Made by a program: the position numbers and the translations under genes
Source: Eledone cirrhosa
Lineage: Eukaryota
DNA: 64,000 nt
Direction: 5' to 3'
Assembly (NCBI GenBank): GCA_964016885.1
Contig: OZ024742.1
Span: 281,728,001 to 281,792,000, forward strand
Shown: positions 1 through 14,395 of the stretch, one piece after another
Layout: each line of letters starts with the position of its first letter
How positions within the stretch are numbered: position 1 is the stretch's first letter
The notes under the pieces: model-generated
The model's database searches: none
What the model was told of the DNA's origin: nothing
The model's input: only the letters and a program-made list of their open reading frames with translations

Positions 1-540
<540 letters not shown>

Positions 541-557
541 ATATATATATATGTTTG

Positions 558-654
<97 letters not shown>

Positions 655-801
655 ATACTTTGGGAGGGTCATGTTGCCAATAAGAAACACACGCACCAGC
701 TGCGTTCACTTCAATTTATTATAATACATTTATAGATTAGGAATTTATAAATTTCCGGTTGGTTGGTTGGTTCCACAACCAGATGGTTGTTTATATATAT
801 T

Positions 802-845
802 GTCAAAGTTCTTTCGTCACACATTCTGTGACCTCCTCAGTGACT
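802..845 (-). ncRNA. Minimal type I hammerhead ribozyme in family A pLTR
   Basis: Minus reads GUCA CUGAGGA G GUCACA-GAAUG-UGUGAC GAAAG AA CUU^UGAC. Confidence 0.7.
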
Positions 846-1089
846 GGGGATTCTTTTCTTTGTTTGTGTGCCTCTCCTTTGTTCTGTCCTACGCCATTTT
901 GTTTATATGTGTGTGTTGTGTGCTCAGTCTGCGCATGCGCCACATCCGGGTGTCTGTGTGTGTTTATATTCGTTTATTTATTTGTTTATTTACATGTTAC
1001 AGGTTGGTTGTTTGTTCTATGTGCGTGTGTGTTTTCATTTTGTCCTTAATTGTAAGTTGTGATGTTGCTGTTCCACTCATGTTTTCTAT

Positions 1090-1996
1090 TTAATTTTTGT
1101 TGCGATTCTTTTATGTTTATTGCCTCTGTGATTTGTCTAAACATTGCGTCTTTTCTGTGTGTAGATTCTATTTTTATTTCTGTTCTCTAATTTACCCTTA
1201 TGCTCTATTTTAGCATGTTGGTAGAGTACAGATGATTCTTTACTGTCTTGAAGGTCTCGCCAGTGTTCATTTATCCGTTCCCCTACACTACGAGCTGTCT
1301 CACCTATGTACACTATATTTTTTGTCTCTACATTGTCCTTCAGTACATCTTATGCTATATACTACATTTCTAGTTTTACAGTTAATATGGGGGCTTAATT
1401 TACAGATTATACATTTCTCATCTATACAGGGGGTTCTTTGAAAAGGGTATGTCTTGCTAATAAGTGTTTTTACGGAGGTACCTGGTCTTTCTACTATCTT
1501 AATATTGAGTTTATGTTTATCTAGGGCCCTTCTAAATGTGTATGATAATTCACCTCTAGGGGTTGTATCGATGAACATTACACTCTGGTATTTATTGCTA
1601 TCATACCATGAGTTTATTCTAATAGCCTTATTCCTAGTTCTTTCTATTATATTCCAAAATTTGCTCCTATACAAGGGGCAGGTCCCATTTGTGTCATTAT
1701 TTACCATATTTTCCCATTTGGTTCTGGCTCCTCTATACACTCTGATTTTATCTCTCTGATTGTAACCAGAGAACTGCATACAGTGGATGAAGTGTTGTAT
1801 GTGTCTCTCTAGTTCTTCGGGGTTGCACATGCGGGACACGTTTCTCATAACCCGTACCAAATCCGCAATCAGTATGTTGATTTTGGTATGGTATGAAACA
1901 GCTGAGTTTCGGTGGATCAGATATTTGGAAGTCATGGGTTTGGCATAATGAGAATGGAGGATTTGTTTTTTTGTTATTAATGGTATCTAACCAGAG
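1090..1996 (-). pseudogene. PLE ORF C-terminal remnant (RT thumb + GIY-YIG endonuclease), frameshifted
   Basis: ORF 1300..1935 aligns by eye to 48451..49203 (HSHYAKPM..KYLI..NSA, ILIADLVRVMRNVSRMC). NVVYSIRC motif is followed by a frameshift near the YIG position. Confidence 0.85.
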
Positions 1997-2035
1997 CTCT
2001 GGTTAGATACCGAAAAACAAAGAAAAGAATCCCCA

Positions 2036-2088
2036 GTCACTGAAGAGGTCACAGAATGTGTGACGAAAGAACTTTGACAATATATATA
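2036..2088 (+). ncRNA. Minimal type I hammerhead ribozyme in the inverted family A pLTR
   Basis: GUCA CUGAAGA G GUCACA-GAAUG-UGUGAC GAAAG AA CUU^UGAC. Confidence 0.7.
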
Positions 2089-2288
2089 AACAACCATCTG
2101 GTTGTGGAACCAACCAACCAACCGGAAATTTATAAATTCCCAAATTTATAAATTTATTATAATAAATTGAAGTGAAAGCAACTGGTGCGTGTGTTTCTTA
2201 TTGGCAACATGACCCTCCCGACGTATAACAATATCGGTTTCAACACACGTTTTCAGAAAAAGAATCTTGCTAAACAAATTCAGAAACG

Positions 2289-2334
<46 letters not shown>

Positions 2335-2338
<4 letters not shown>

Positions 2339-3672
2339 AAAAATTGAACGGGAACAAAACAGAGAAGCAGTACGAACAAAGGTTTATTAGTATCACGCTT
2401 TTGAGAGTGGGGTGGTGGTGGGGAACGACGTTTCGGGCATAAGCCCTTCTTCAGGTGAAAAGTGTGTGGGAAGAGAGTTCCAAGGGTGTGTGGGAAGAGA
2501 GTTCCAAGGGTGTGTAGGGGAGTGGTGGAGAGACATATAGAAAAAAGGGGTGAGAGGAAACGGTACAAATGAAATTAAATATAAAAGCATAATAAAAATA
2601 AACATGAAGTAAAATAGGTGGTGGAAGGGTGTGGGGCGTGTAGGGGTGGTGGCGCGTGGAGTGGTGAGAGGGAGGCGGGGTGTCCGAGCGGGGAGGGCTG
2701 AAGGTGGTGTGTGTGTGTAGGTGTACGTGTGTGTGTGTGTATGTGAAAGTAAGAGTTGGGGGAAGAACGGGGTTGCATGTTCAGGAAGAGGTCTGTGTGG
2801 AGTGAGGTGTAGGTCGGAGTGTGTGTGCGTGTGTGGATGGGGAGTGGTCAGAGGGGTGGGGTAGAGCATTCCGGAGGCTGAGTGTATAAATATGTGGTGG
2901 TACCCACGTGCGTGTGTGGTCTTTATGCGTGTTGTGGATGTAGGTGGCGTGTGGGAAAAAAAATGTTTTGAGTGTATGTCAGTGGGTGAGTCCTGTAGGT
3001 AGTTCCGTAGAGGATGTGGTGGAATGCTGGGTAATATCCTTGGGATGTGGTGGATTCTAGGGATCGATGGTCAATATGTGTAATCCGTGGTTGGTCGGAA
3101 GAGGGGAGATGTGGAGTGCGCGCGTAACAGGAAGTGGTCAGAGGGTCAAGGCAGAAGGAGGGTTGTGTGTCTGTGTGTGCGGGGAGGTGGTCAGAGATAC
3201 GGGTATAGCAGCAGTGGGGTAGAATGGTAAGTGAAGAAAGTCGGTGTGTCAGTGTGTGCGGAGGTGCGTTGGACAGGGTAGAGGATGGGTACGTGTGAAA
3301 GTTGGAGTGAGGAGGGGGGGTGTATTAGTAGAAGTGTTAGTGTGATGTGTGTGAGAAAGGGTGTGGGTGGAGCGGGGAGAGAAGGGTGTGGGGGCCGGTG
3401 GAGGGAGTGTAGTGTACTGGTGTGTGTGTGCGTGTTTGGATGAGTGTGTGTGTGGTGAAGGGGGTGTTAGTGGGTGTTAGTATACTGGAGGTGGGGAAAG
3501 GGTTGAATGCGGGTGTGAGTGGGGGTCAGTGGTGGTAGGGTGTGTAGAGTGGGTGGTGTAAGTGGGTGTGTGTGTTCGTGTGCGTAGGGTTGGGGGGTGT
3601 TAGTGATGTTAGTTGCGTGTAGAGTGGGTGGTTTAAGTGGGTGTGTGTGTTCGTGTGCGTGGGGTCGGTGGA
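2335..3672 (-). mobile_element. Non-coding PLE 3' UTR/pLTR-like segment (G/T-rich on +) between TA tracts
   Basis: Minus-strand HHR near its 3' end, TA flanks and strong strand skew. No recognisable ORF. Confidence 0.55.
2424..2456 (-). ncRNA. Minimal hammerhead ribozyme (weak stem I)
   Basis: Minus reads AC CUGAAGA A GGGC-UUAU-GCCC GAAAC GUC^GU; palindromic helix III ACGU. Confidence 0.7.
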
Positions 3673-3905
3673 TATATATATATATATATATATGTACATA
3701 TATATTATTTAAATCTTCATGTAGGTTGGCCGTCGATATATATGTGTGTGTGTGTATATATATATACCAAACTCGTCCCATGGACTGAGTGCTCTACCCC
3801 TACGGATATTACTTTCCAGTGTTCTACCTCTATATATATACATATATATATATATACAGGCACACATAAATGCATATACATACACACACACACATGAATA
3901 CATAT

Positions 3906-3974
<69 letters not shown>

Positions 3975-4160
3975 TAAACGGAATAGAAAATGCTGACAAA
4001 TTGTTCACAGTTGAAAAATGGTTTAATTAGGAATAAAATAGCATTACTGATTGTATGGGTTAGTATTCAGTTGTGGTTTTAAGTTTTTAAGTTTTTACCG
4101 GTTGCGCATTTCTAAATGCTTTTCAAAAATAATTTTGAGATAGAGTGTCCGTGCTGTTTG

Positions 4161-4204
<44 letters not shown>

Positions 4205-4563
4205 TGTGTGTATGTGTATGTATATGCATATAAATACATATACATATATACATAGTTTATTTCTATCTCCCTTGTTCTGCTACTGTTCAAATGTGCTCTA
4301 CTAAATAGTTCCATCTTGTTTTGCTTCTTTTATTTCTCTCTTTAAGGCTCTTACACTTTCACTCGCTCTTTCACTCCTCCCCTCTATCAAATATTTCTCA
4401 CTACACCTCACACTCTTAATCTCTGTCTCCTTCGCTCTCAATAGATTTCACATTCTATCTTTCTCTTCCATTCTCAACGATTTGCTACCTCTTTTTAATG
4501 CTCGTCTCTCTCTAATATTACTACTACTCTCTCTTTCTGTTTTATTCTCTCCATTCTTACCTT

Positions 4564-4611
<48 letters not shown>

Positions 4612-4699
4612 ATTTGTATCACCCTTTCTCACTTCCTTCATTCTCTCTTTATTATGCTGCGACTACCAATACTACTACCAAAGCCATCATCACCACAGC

Positions 4700-4930
4700 A
4701 ACATCAACTACTACTACTACTACTACTACTACCGTTACTACTGCTGCTGTTGCTGCTGCTACTGCTGCTTCTACTACTACTGTTATTACTAATACTATTA
4801 ATACTACTACCGCTACTACTACTACTACTACTACTACTACTGCTGCTGCTACTGGTACAACTACTACTACTACTAGTATTACTACTACTACTACTACTGC
4901 TGCTACTACTACTACTACTACTACTACTCT
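4700..4930. repeat. (CTA/CTG)n trinucleotide microsatellite
   Basis: Direct inspection. Confidence 0.95.
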
Positions 4931-5484
4931 CTTGCTCTCGCATTGTAAATCTCGTTACCTATGTATCTTTCTGCCTCTCCAAACATTAATTTAATGTTCA
5001 AAATTCTCTCCTTGCTATATTTATTTTTCATCGTGTCACCCGTCCATGGACTCTTAACTCCTGATGAAATCTTTGGGTCTAAACACAGCGATTAACAAAT
5101 TAACACCAAAGAAAAAATTGTCACCCTTGAAATGATTAAAAGCAAAGATAACCTCAGCAAGATTTGAACTCAGAGATTTGATAGTCAGAAGGAATAGCCT
5201 AATATTCTAACGAGTTTGCCAAATCATCAGACTGTGCGGATACATAAAATAAAGCCATGAATTTATTTAAAACACCATACAAGCTGAGTTCAAATTCTAT
5301 TGAATTTGATGTATGTATATATTTGTTTGATTTTTCATTCCGTGTACGAAGAGAGTATCAAAATATATTTCACATTCCTTTATTAATTTACAGGGTGGCT
5401 CACAAGGTCCACTTATATTTACGTTAATTTAATTTTACATTTTTTTTAGGGATAAATAATTATTTAACAATGTTACGAATGGCA

Positions 5485-6120
5485 ACGTTCCCCGGTAGCT
5501 CTGCCAGGTCAAGGATTTCTGGAAATTATCCATTGGCTCTGGACCGAAAGTGCTCCTAAATAGAATAGCTAGTTGGCGTTCTTCGACATCCAGAGTTTTC
5601 CCAAGGAGGTCATTGTTCTTGGCCTCCACTAACTGTTATAGAACGCCAAGGTGGAGTTTCCACCTATCGCACTGCCTGATTGGCAAAGGTCAGCGAGAGC
5701 TTCAAGACATTCCAGTTTCCAAGCACTCCCTCTCGGTCTCCCCTTGTCCCAGGATTGCAGCTCCGTCAAGGAGATGATCTGGGGAATAAGGTACCTAACG
5801 AAAGGCATCTGTTGATGACATAGCCCCAGCGCATGTCTGTGCATCATTAGCCACGGCATACACAATCCTCCATGTAGCGGGTGTTGACAGCAGATGAATC
5901 GCCTAATAATCAGGGCGCGTTCCTTCCACAAAGAGCAAATGAGCAAACGCTCCAGTGCAGTCAGACGAGACTTAGAACACGGCACGATGGTCAGGCGGTA
6001 GTAGATGACGGACGTGACTTACTCGTTAACCATCTCCACCTGGCTTTTCAGGGATAGCTTTCTCTCGGTCAATGTCTTGGTAAGAGAGGCCAGCCTGCTC
6101 GTCACCTCGTCCAATCTCCC
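5485..6120 (-). mobile_element. Degenerate L1/Tx1-clade LINE ORF2 fragment (post-RT region)
   Basis: Minus translation IYYRLTIVPCSKSRLTALERLLICSLWK...RRFICCQHPLHGGLCMP resembles the L1/Tx1 'LERxLFxFLW...P..GGLG' segment. Confidence 0.6.
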
Positions 6121-6592
6121 TATAACAGTTGTTATTATAAGTGTTACATGCAAAGAATTGCCCAAATTCAACAGATATTACGCAGTTGAGTTATGTTGTT
6201 CTTCATCAGCAGAACCCTACAACGGTCTTCAAGAGAACATTTCGATACACAACGCTAGTCTCGAAAATTCTAGCAATTCCATGCTGTCGTGACACGTCAC
6301 CTCTAAATAAGAGGAAGACCCCTGTTGAGCAAACACCTTTTCTGGATTAAATTTTAAAAATGGAATTCCGCCAAAAAAGTTTTCGACTAGTTTAAAGAAT
6401 TTATTTACAAGGACAGATATGTAAATATAAAATCGAACAACTAACAATAAAGAAATGTTCAACTTACGCAGGGAACATGTCAGCCAAACTCGGAGAAAAT
6501 ATACACTTAGAAATATATATATATAGGGCGGTGCCCCAGCATGGCCTCAGCCGGATGGCTGAAACAGGTAAAAGAGTAAAAGAGTATATATA

Positions 6593-6637
<45 letters not shown>

Positions 6638-6645
6638 CTGTGTGT

Positions 6646-6701
<56 letters not shown>

Positions 6702-9330
6702 GTGCGTGTGTGTGTGTGCGTGCGTGTGTGTGCGTGCGTGTGTGTGTGAAGGGGTTGGGGACCCAGACACTGTGTAGAATCCTGTTGAATTTATTATACT
6801 TACAATTTAAAAATCCAATATTATTATATACATTATAGCGGTGATTCTGCTGAGACATATACATGTTAATTGAACGCTTTGGACCTTCGGTTGATTACAC
6901 AAACAACCGTTTACACATTGTTGAAACCGACGGAAGATCCATCAAGTCTGTTCAATAAGTACTGAATCTGTTCTAAACATTGAATCGGGGCCAACTACCT
7001 CATTGTATATCACTTCTACATAATAACAGGAGATTAAATGAAGTATTTACTGAAATGCTTAGCGATAGAATATACCACCATATCCCCTAACCCACGACAG
7101 TTTAATGATTATTTACGTAGCCGTTCATTCTACCCCACCGCCATTTGTTTGCAGAATTCACTATCTAGAAAACTTGATGTCATCTGTAGGACTTTTATAA
7201 CGTACAAAACATCAGCACGTCTATTCAGACCGCAATGGTAACCGACACCATAGAAGATTCTTCGGCCTTCAAAGAAATTAATGAGAAAATAATGGAAGAG
7301 AAAACGACCAGTAAGGACGACAATAACAGCTATAACTATAATAATAACAACAATTATTTCGCAAATGAGCAGCCGACAATTTTCAGACTGTCGTTTCGAT
7401 TTTGGTACATATACAGCTTTTTGTTTTCTATGCTGAAAAACGCCTAAACTAATGGGAGTTAATTTCATTCTATATAGGAAATTCTACAACGACACAATAG
7501 GCGGTTTCTTCATATAAATTTTACTGCCACTCTCCGTTTAAATACGACTCACACAGTATCAGGTGTTGCCAGGGATGTCTGCTTTATATCATGTTTATGT
7601 GACAGCGCGGTCGTGGCATCAATGAAAATTTGGCTTTTAACACAATTTCTGAACGGTTAATAGACTTTTGGAAGCCATTTTGTTCCTTATATTTCTTTTG
7701 TTTGGTTCGTTGTTTTCTTCTCTGTGTTTTTCATTTTGTGTATTTATTCTATTTTATTTTATTTTTATCTTATTTTTATTGTCTTGTCTTGTTTCTCTTG
7801 CTGAGAGATTGTAAGCTTTGTCTTGTTCGCCATGATTGAATCGTATACGACGTCATTTCCGGCTAGTATGAATAGTTCTCATATAGCAGTAACTGTTATA
7901 GCTGGAATGAACAACACCAAGAAAGAGAGATAGCGATGGAGATAGAGATAACGAAATAGATAGATAGAGAGAGGGGGACAAATATGGAGATAAAGGAAGA
8001 GAAATACAGATGGACAGAGAGACAAAGTGAGAGAGTGTGAAGAAGAAAGATAAATTGAGAAAGAGAGAGGAGGGAAATGTGGTGAATCGGAAAAGTAATG
8101 GTTTTGGTTTAGTGTGCGGGTCAGCTATTGGAATGATGAGTACATTACAGACAGCAATTGAAATGTTAACGACAGCTGAGTGTGAACTTTCCCTCTCGTC
8201 TATAACCAACCACTACCATACCAATAACACTACAACTATCTTTATGCTCCTCCACCTCTACTACTGCCAATAACACGATCTTTTGTTCAACAATCAACGG
8301 AGATTGAAGCAGGTCGCTGAAGGAAAATACCGAAATCAAAGCGGTGAATAACAACAGCAGCAACAATAACAACTTGAAAAAAAGGAAAAGGAAATGTACG
8401 TGATGAGTAAATATATAGTGTGTTGTTAAGAAAATTATTTACAACTGCAGGGAGAATATGGAAGGACCATTCACCTACACACAAGCAAACACTTGAAGAT
8501 TTTTCCCCCTAGCAAAACAAAAGTTGGCCCAGGTGAGAGTCTCTATGTGGTCGTTCAGTTTGTTAGAAATAGCAGTCGAAAATCCTTCAAATACACATTA
8601 GAAAGGAAGAAAATTTTACTTTGCTAGCTATATTCTTACATCCACTACATTCACTACGAATCAAGGGATGGTCATGGTTGGAATGACTTGAAGAGTACTG
8701 GCGTGATGGTAAATAACAGCAGTAATAACAACTGTATAAATTGATATAACACCTTCAAACTGACAGTGAATATAAAGTATGTTGAAGTCTGAGAACTTCT
8801 TTGATCAAAGATCTGCTTGATCATGACTGACCTGGGGCTACAACACAACAGTAACAAGATACACATAGAGATAGAAATTCAAGGAGAATAAAAATTTAAA
8901 CAAATATAAATATATACTGAAGTTGGGCCTAAAAAGTAAAATTTGTCGATGAGTTTTAAGTACTAGTGACTGATATCAGTCAAATAATTAAATAATAGAT
9001 ACACAATAACAAACGATGGTGGATCCACCGCCAGTTATAACGATGATCATTCAGTTGTATGCTAAACTGAACATCCGACTCGAATAACTAATGTAGAAGT
9101 GTATCCCACAAATATGTGCAACATTAACGTAATCCCCGAATCACCGTGATACAATATCTGTCTAACTAGAATTTTGCATTATAAGTAAAATTCATCCAAC
9201 GGGGTTCCACACAGTTCTGTCCATCTACTTTCATTCGAAGTGCTTAAGATCGATAAGAAGCTATGTTTAAGAGATGTGCTCAAACTACCGCTCAGCGGAA
9301 TCGTATGCAATGATGTTATACTACTATGAA

Positions 9331-9522
9331 ATAATTGTTTCTACTTTTGGCACAAGGCCAGCAATTATCCCAGTGTATTACTGGTACTTTATTTTATCGA
9401 ACCCGTAAGGATGAAAGGAAAAATTAAACTCGGCGGGATTTGAACTCAGACCATAAAGGGCCGTAACTCTTTGCTGCAAAGCATGGAGTCCGACCCTCTA
9501 CCGCTACTGCCAATCCACCGCC
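9331..9522 (-). mobile_element. tRNA-derived SINE, family S1
   Basis: A-box-like TGGCAGTAGCGGT, B-box GAGTTCAAATCCC, tail ...GATAAAATAAAAGTACCAGT...GCCAAAAGTAGAAACAATTAT; more than 10 copies in the window. Confidence 0.85.
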
Positions 9523-9639
9523 TATAAATAACATTATTTCATACTACTATGAAATAATGTTATTTATCTTACTGAAATAGATTGGAAATGATAATAAAGT
9601 TAAAGCAATAGAAAACTACAGTTGTTTATACACACACAC

Positions 9640-9746
<107 letters not shown>

Positions 9747-11091
9747 CAAAATTTCCTGGCTTCTCTCCCAGGTCATCAAGCCTCTACTCTCCACCTTCCC
9801 CGGACATGTCAGTAGCTCCGACGAAGTTATACGTAGATTACACCAACTCCAGCCAGAACAACTTAAACTTAATAAATACGCTTTTAGCCTCGACGTTGTC
9901 TCCCTCTACACTACAGTCCCCGCTCACCCAGCTGTCGATTTATTGACGGACCGCGTGGTCGCAGAGAACATCCACTGCTACGGCCTCCACCCGACGGACA
10001 TACACCAACTTTTGTCCTTCACAGTAGACAACACGTACTTCACCTTCCACCACCACACATACAGACAGACAACAGGATTACCCATGGGATCCAGCCTCTC
10101 GGGCCTGCTGGCCATCACTTACATGAACCAGCTAGAATGCCGAGCCCTCAACACCTGCCATTCCCATGCCTTCTTCACCCGATATGTAGATGACATACTC
10201 ATCCTTACATCATCCCGTGAGGAGGCAGAGAAAATATACACAACATTCTCCAGCATGGACGCCAGTATAAAGTTCAGCATGGAACACCCCGATGACCGCG
10301 GATCCCTATCCCTGCTGGACTTCCAACTCAGGGTAACAGAGGAAGGCAACATCCACACCTGCTTCTATAAAAAATCCACCAGCCGGGACCTGTTCATACA
10401 TTTCAGATCGGCCCTCCCACTCGGTGCCAAGTTCGGATACATAAAGAACGAACTGGCACGTATCAAGAACAAATGCACCGACGCCAGAGACCGAGACACA
10501 CACACCACACATTTCCTGGAAGTACTCAAACTGAACGGATACACGACATCCACCACAAACCGTGCCAGAAAGAACAGAGGACACCACACCCGAGGCACTA
10601 ACACTTGCTTCCTGTAGCTCCCACACTTCAGTGAAGAAACAACAACAGCCATCCGCAGAGCCATCAGACGAGAGGGTCTGGATATTCAACTGGCCCATTC
10701 GGGTCCTTCTTTGCGCGGACGGCTGGCTAAGAGACACTCCACCAGACATGACAACTGCTGCAGACTAGCCAACTGCCCCATCAACGACACAGACCTATGC
10801 CACCAGGCTTACGTAGTCTACAGACTAGAGTGTGACAAATGCAACAACTTCTACGTAGGTAGCACCACCAGACCACTCCACATAAGAATAAAAGAACACC
10901 TCAATACTAACGCTTCCTCATTTAAGAAACACCTAGTTAAATGCAAAAACACCGATAAAAACATAACAGTTAGGATAGAAACTAAGGAAAGAAACCTCGG
11001 CAATCTTAGAATCAAGGAAGCACTTATTATAGATAGAACACATCCACCAATCAATAATAGACTAGAGCTCAACACCCAATTTATAACCTGA
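9747..11091 (+). pseudogene. PLE RT-GIY-YIG ORF with one in-frame stop (TAG 10615-10617)
   Basis: ORFs 9622..10617 and 10711..11091 share a frame and the intervening codons are open. The N-terminal IY run is flanking microsatellite. Confidence 0.9.
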
Positions 11092-11493
11092 TAGGGCCTC
11101 TAGCGCCATTTTTACACACCCCACACACACGCACGCGCACACCTCCACTTATTCTCTCTCACACATACACACACAAAACCAGTTCTAACACCAGATAACA
11201 CCTACCCCCCACTTTTACGATTAGACCTATCTTCCCACACTCACACACACACACACACATACCTACACCTTCATGCATTCTCCCACACACATATACAGGC
11301 ACGCATTTAAAATTTAAAAAAACAATACAAAAACAAAAACAAAACATAAACAAACCCCTCTTAAAGGGAGACTACTCTTTATCCACCTAATTTTAATTCT
11401 TTGATATTAAAGTTAGAACAGATACTCTATACTATTTCCGGTCAGCATGGTTTCATTAAAGATATAAACACGCTGGACTGAGACCTTTACTTC

Positions 11494-11528
11494 CCTCCGA
11501 AGAAGAGATATTATCTCGAAAATTAAGG
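11494..11528 (+). ncRNA. Degenerate minimal HHR (U4 to C)
   Basis: CCU CCGAAGA A GAGAUA-U-UAUCUC GAAA AU UA^AGG. Confidence 0.55.
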
Positions 11529-11642
11529 ACATTTAAATAAATTCAAGGTGAAAGACGAATTCACATCAATATCTTTCACTATTGCATTCTTTTTTCTATG
11601 TCCATATCTGCATTGTCTTGGCCTTATTACACATATTCTAAC

Positions 11643-11706
<64 letters not shown>

Positions 11707-11788
11707 GTTATTCCGGGTTGAATCGGAGGTAACCACAGTTAGTAAGGTACTCAATACATAGCAGAGTATAAAAGTTTTAATATAGAAG

Positions 11789-11839
11789 AGATTCTACAGG
11801 ACTAGAACTGTTTCATTCTTTAGAAATCATCAGGAATCT
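11789..11839 (-). ncRNA. Type I HHR, family C pLTR
   Basis: Reverse complement of 15689-15739. Confidence 0.8.
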
Positions 11840-12304
11840 GGGTATCAAAAAATAAAAAATAAAAATGGTATTTATAGGTCTCTACAAGTGGTAGGAGAGG
11901 GTGGGGAGTGGGATGGGTGTAGGTCATTGGTTGATAGAAAAGGGAATTCATTAAAAGCTAATTCTACAAAGCTATAGTTTATTTTTATTTTTATTTATTT
12001 ATGTTTTTAGAGTAACAAGGGCAGACAGAATTCTATAAACAGGTTCCGGATGGCATACCATTCCTTGTCATTAAGTTTCTCTTAAGCTAACAGATGTCTA
12101 TAAGATCAGTGGGGGGTCAGTCATGGTCGATAGAATTAAAGAAAAGGGAGATTCTTTAAAAGCTAAAATCATTAAGGTTCTACTAAGTGACAAAGGTCTA
12201 GAGAATTCTGTAGACAGATTCAAAATACTGAGTGCATATCTTACAATTATCTTCGAACTTCTCTTAAACTAATCAACTATATGCCAAAAATCAACAGACA
12301 CATT

Positions 12305-12433
12305 CACAAAAAAACATACTCACTCACACACTCACGCGCAACCATAAACACACATACACATATACACACATAAAAACACACACACATATATATAAATATA
12401 AATATAAATATATCTATATACATGCATATACAT

Positions 12434-12514
<81 letters not shown>

Positions 12515-12677
12515 CACACACATATATATACACACACACATACATATATATACACACACACACACACACACATATATAAACATATAAATACACTCACACA
12601 CATACATACAAACACAAATATACATGTGTATACATATACACACAAATACACATAGATATATATACATATATATACAG

Positions 12678-12730
<53 letters not shown>

Positions 12731-12834
12731 TATATACATATATATATATATACATATACATATACATACATATATATATATAAAACACATACACACACAT
12801 ATATATATATACATATACACACACATACACACAA

Positions 12835-12870
<36 letters not shown>

Positions 12871-12910
12871 AAACAAATATATACATATACATACACACAC
12901 ATACATACAT

Positions 12911-12961
<51 letters not shown>

Positions 12962-12988
12962 TATATGCACATATATAAGGAAAAAGCA

Positions 12989-13031
<43 letters not shown>

Positions 13032-13040
13032 CATATACAC

Positions 13041-13077
<37 letters not shown>

Positions 13078-13119
13078 TACACCATTCATACATATATTCA
13101 TATATATATACATACACAC

Positions 13120-13213
<94 letters not shown>

Positions 13214-13297
13214 ATATATATACACACACACACACACATATACATACACATATATACACATACATACATATATACACAAATACATACACACATATAT

Positions 13298-13348
<51 letters not shown>

Positions 13349-13419
13349 TATATATATATATACACATAAATATATATATATATATATAAATATATAAAAA
13401 TATACACACACATACATAT

Positions 13420-13486
<67 letters not shown>

Positions 13487-13513
13487 CACATACAAACATA
13501 CATACAAACATAC

Positions 13514-13556
<43 letters not shown>

Positions 13557-13589
13557 CACATACACACACACATACATATACACATATAT

Positions 13590-13632
<43 letters not shown>

Positions 13633-13723
13633 CATATACACACACATATATACACACACACACATATACACATATATATACACACACACACACACACATA
13701 CACATGCATATGTATAAATATAC

Positions 13724-13791
<68 letters not shown>

Positions 13792-13868
13792 ATATATATA
13801 CAAATATACACATACATACACAGACCTATACGTAAATATACACATATACACACTCTCTCTCACGCACA

Positions 13869-13902
<34 letters not shown>

Positions 13903-13903
13903 C

Positions 13904-13954
<51 letters not shown>

Positions 13955-13974
13955 TACATACACACATACACACA

Positions 13975-14063
<89 letters not shown>

Positions 14064-14225
14064 CACATACACACACATACACACATACATACATACATAC
14101 ATACATACACATACACATACATACACATATATACACACACATATACACACAAACATATATATATATATACACATACACATACATATACACACATACAAAC
14201 AGATATATACACATACAAATAAATA
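12305..14225. repeat. Compound (TA)/(CA) microsatellite inside the PLE 3' UTR
   Basis: Inverted homolog at 17595-19530 shares anchor words. Confidence 0.9.
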
Positions 14226-14395
14226 ATTACTCAATAAATATACGCATATACGCAGGCACATAAAAACACCTCTACAGGCAGAAAATGTAGATACGAAAGA
14301 GGTACTCACATAACCATAGTGGCCGTATTTCAGGTTGAGGAGGGGTGGGGGTAGGGTGGGGAGGAGGTATAGGGGCCAATAGGGGGAGGTCTATT

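Larger units (their letters stand above)
651..2290 (-). mobile_element. 5'-truncated Penelope-like element (family A) with an inverted pLTR, inserted in (TA)n
   Basis: Minus ORF 1935-1300 encodes the RT thumb/linker and the start of GIY-YIG (CKTRNVVYSIRC). 651-865 is inverted at ~2013-2231. TA tracts on both sides. Homologous to 48245-50113. Confidence 0.9.
9747..11646 (+). mobile_element. 5'-truncated Penelope-like element (family B) between TA tracts
   Basis: RT motifs [18 protein letters not shown] and RYVDD, then GIY-YIG VVYRLECDKCNNFYVGST, then a 3' UTR with an HHR remnant. Confidence 0.92.

Noticed and set aside
4482-4994. Signal-peptide plus Thr-rich mucin-like ORF
   Set aside because: It is built from (CT)n and (CTA)n microsatellites and has a non-ATG start
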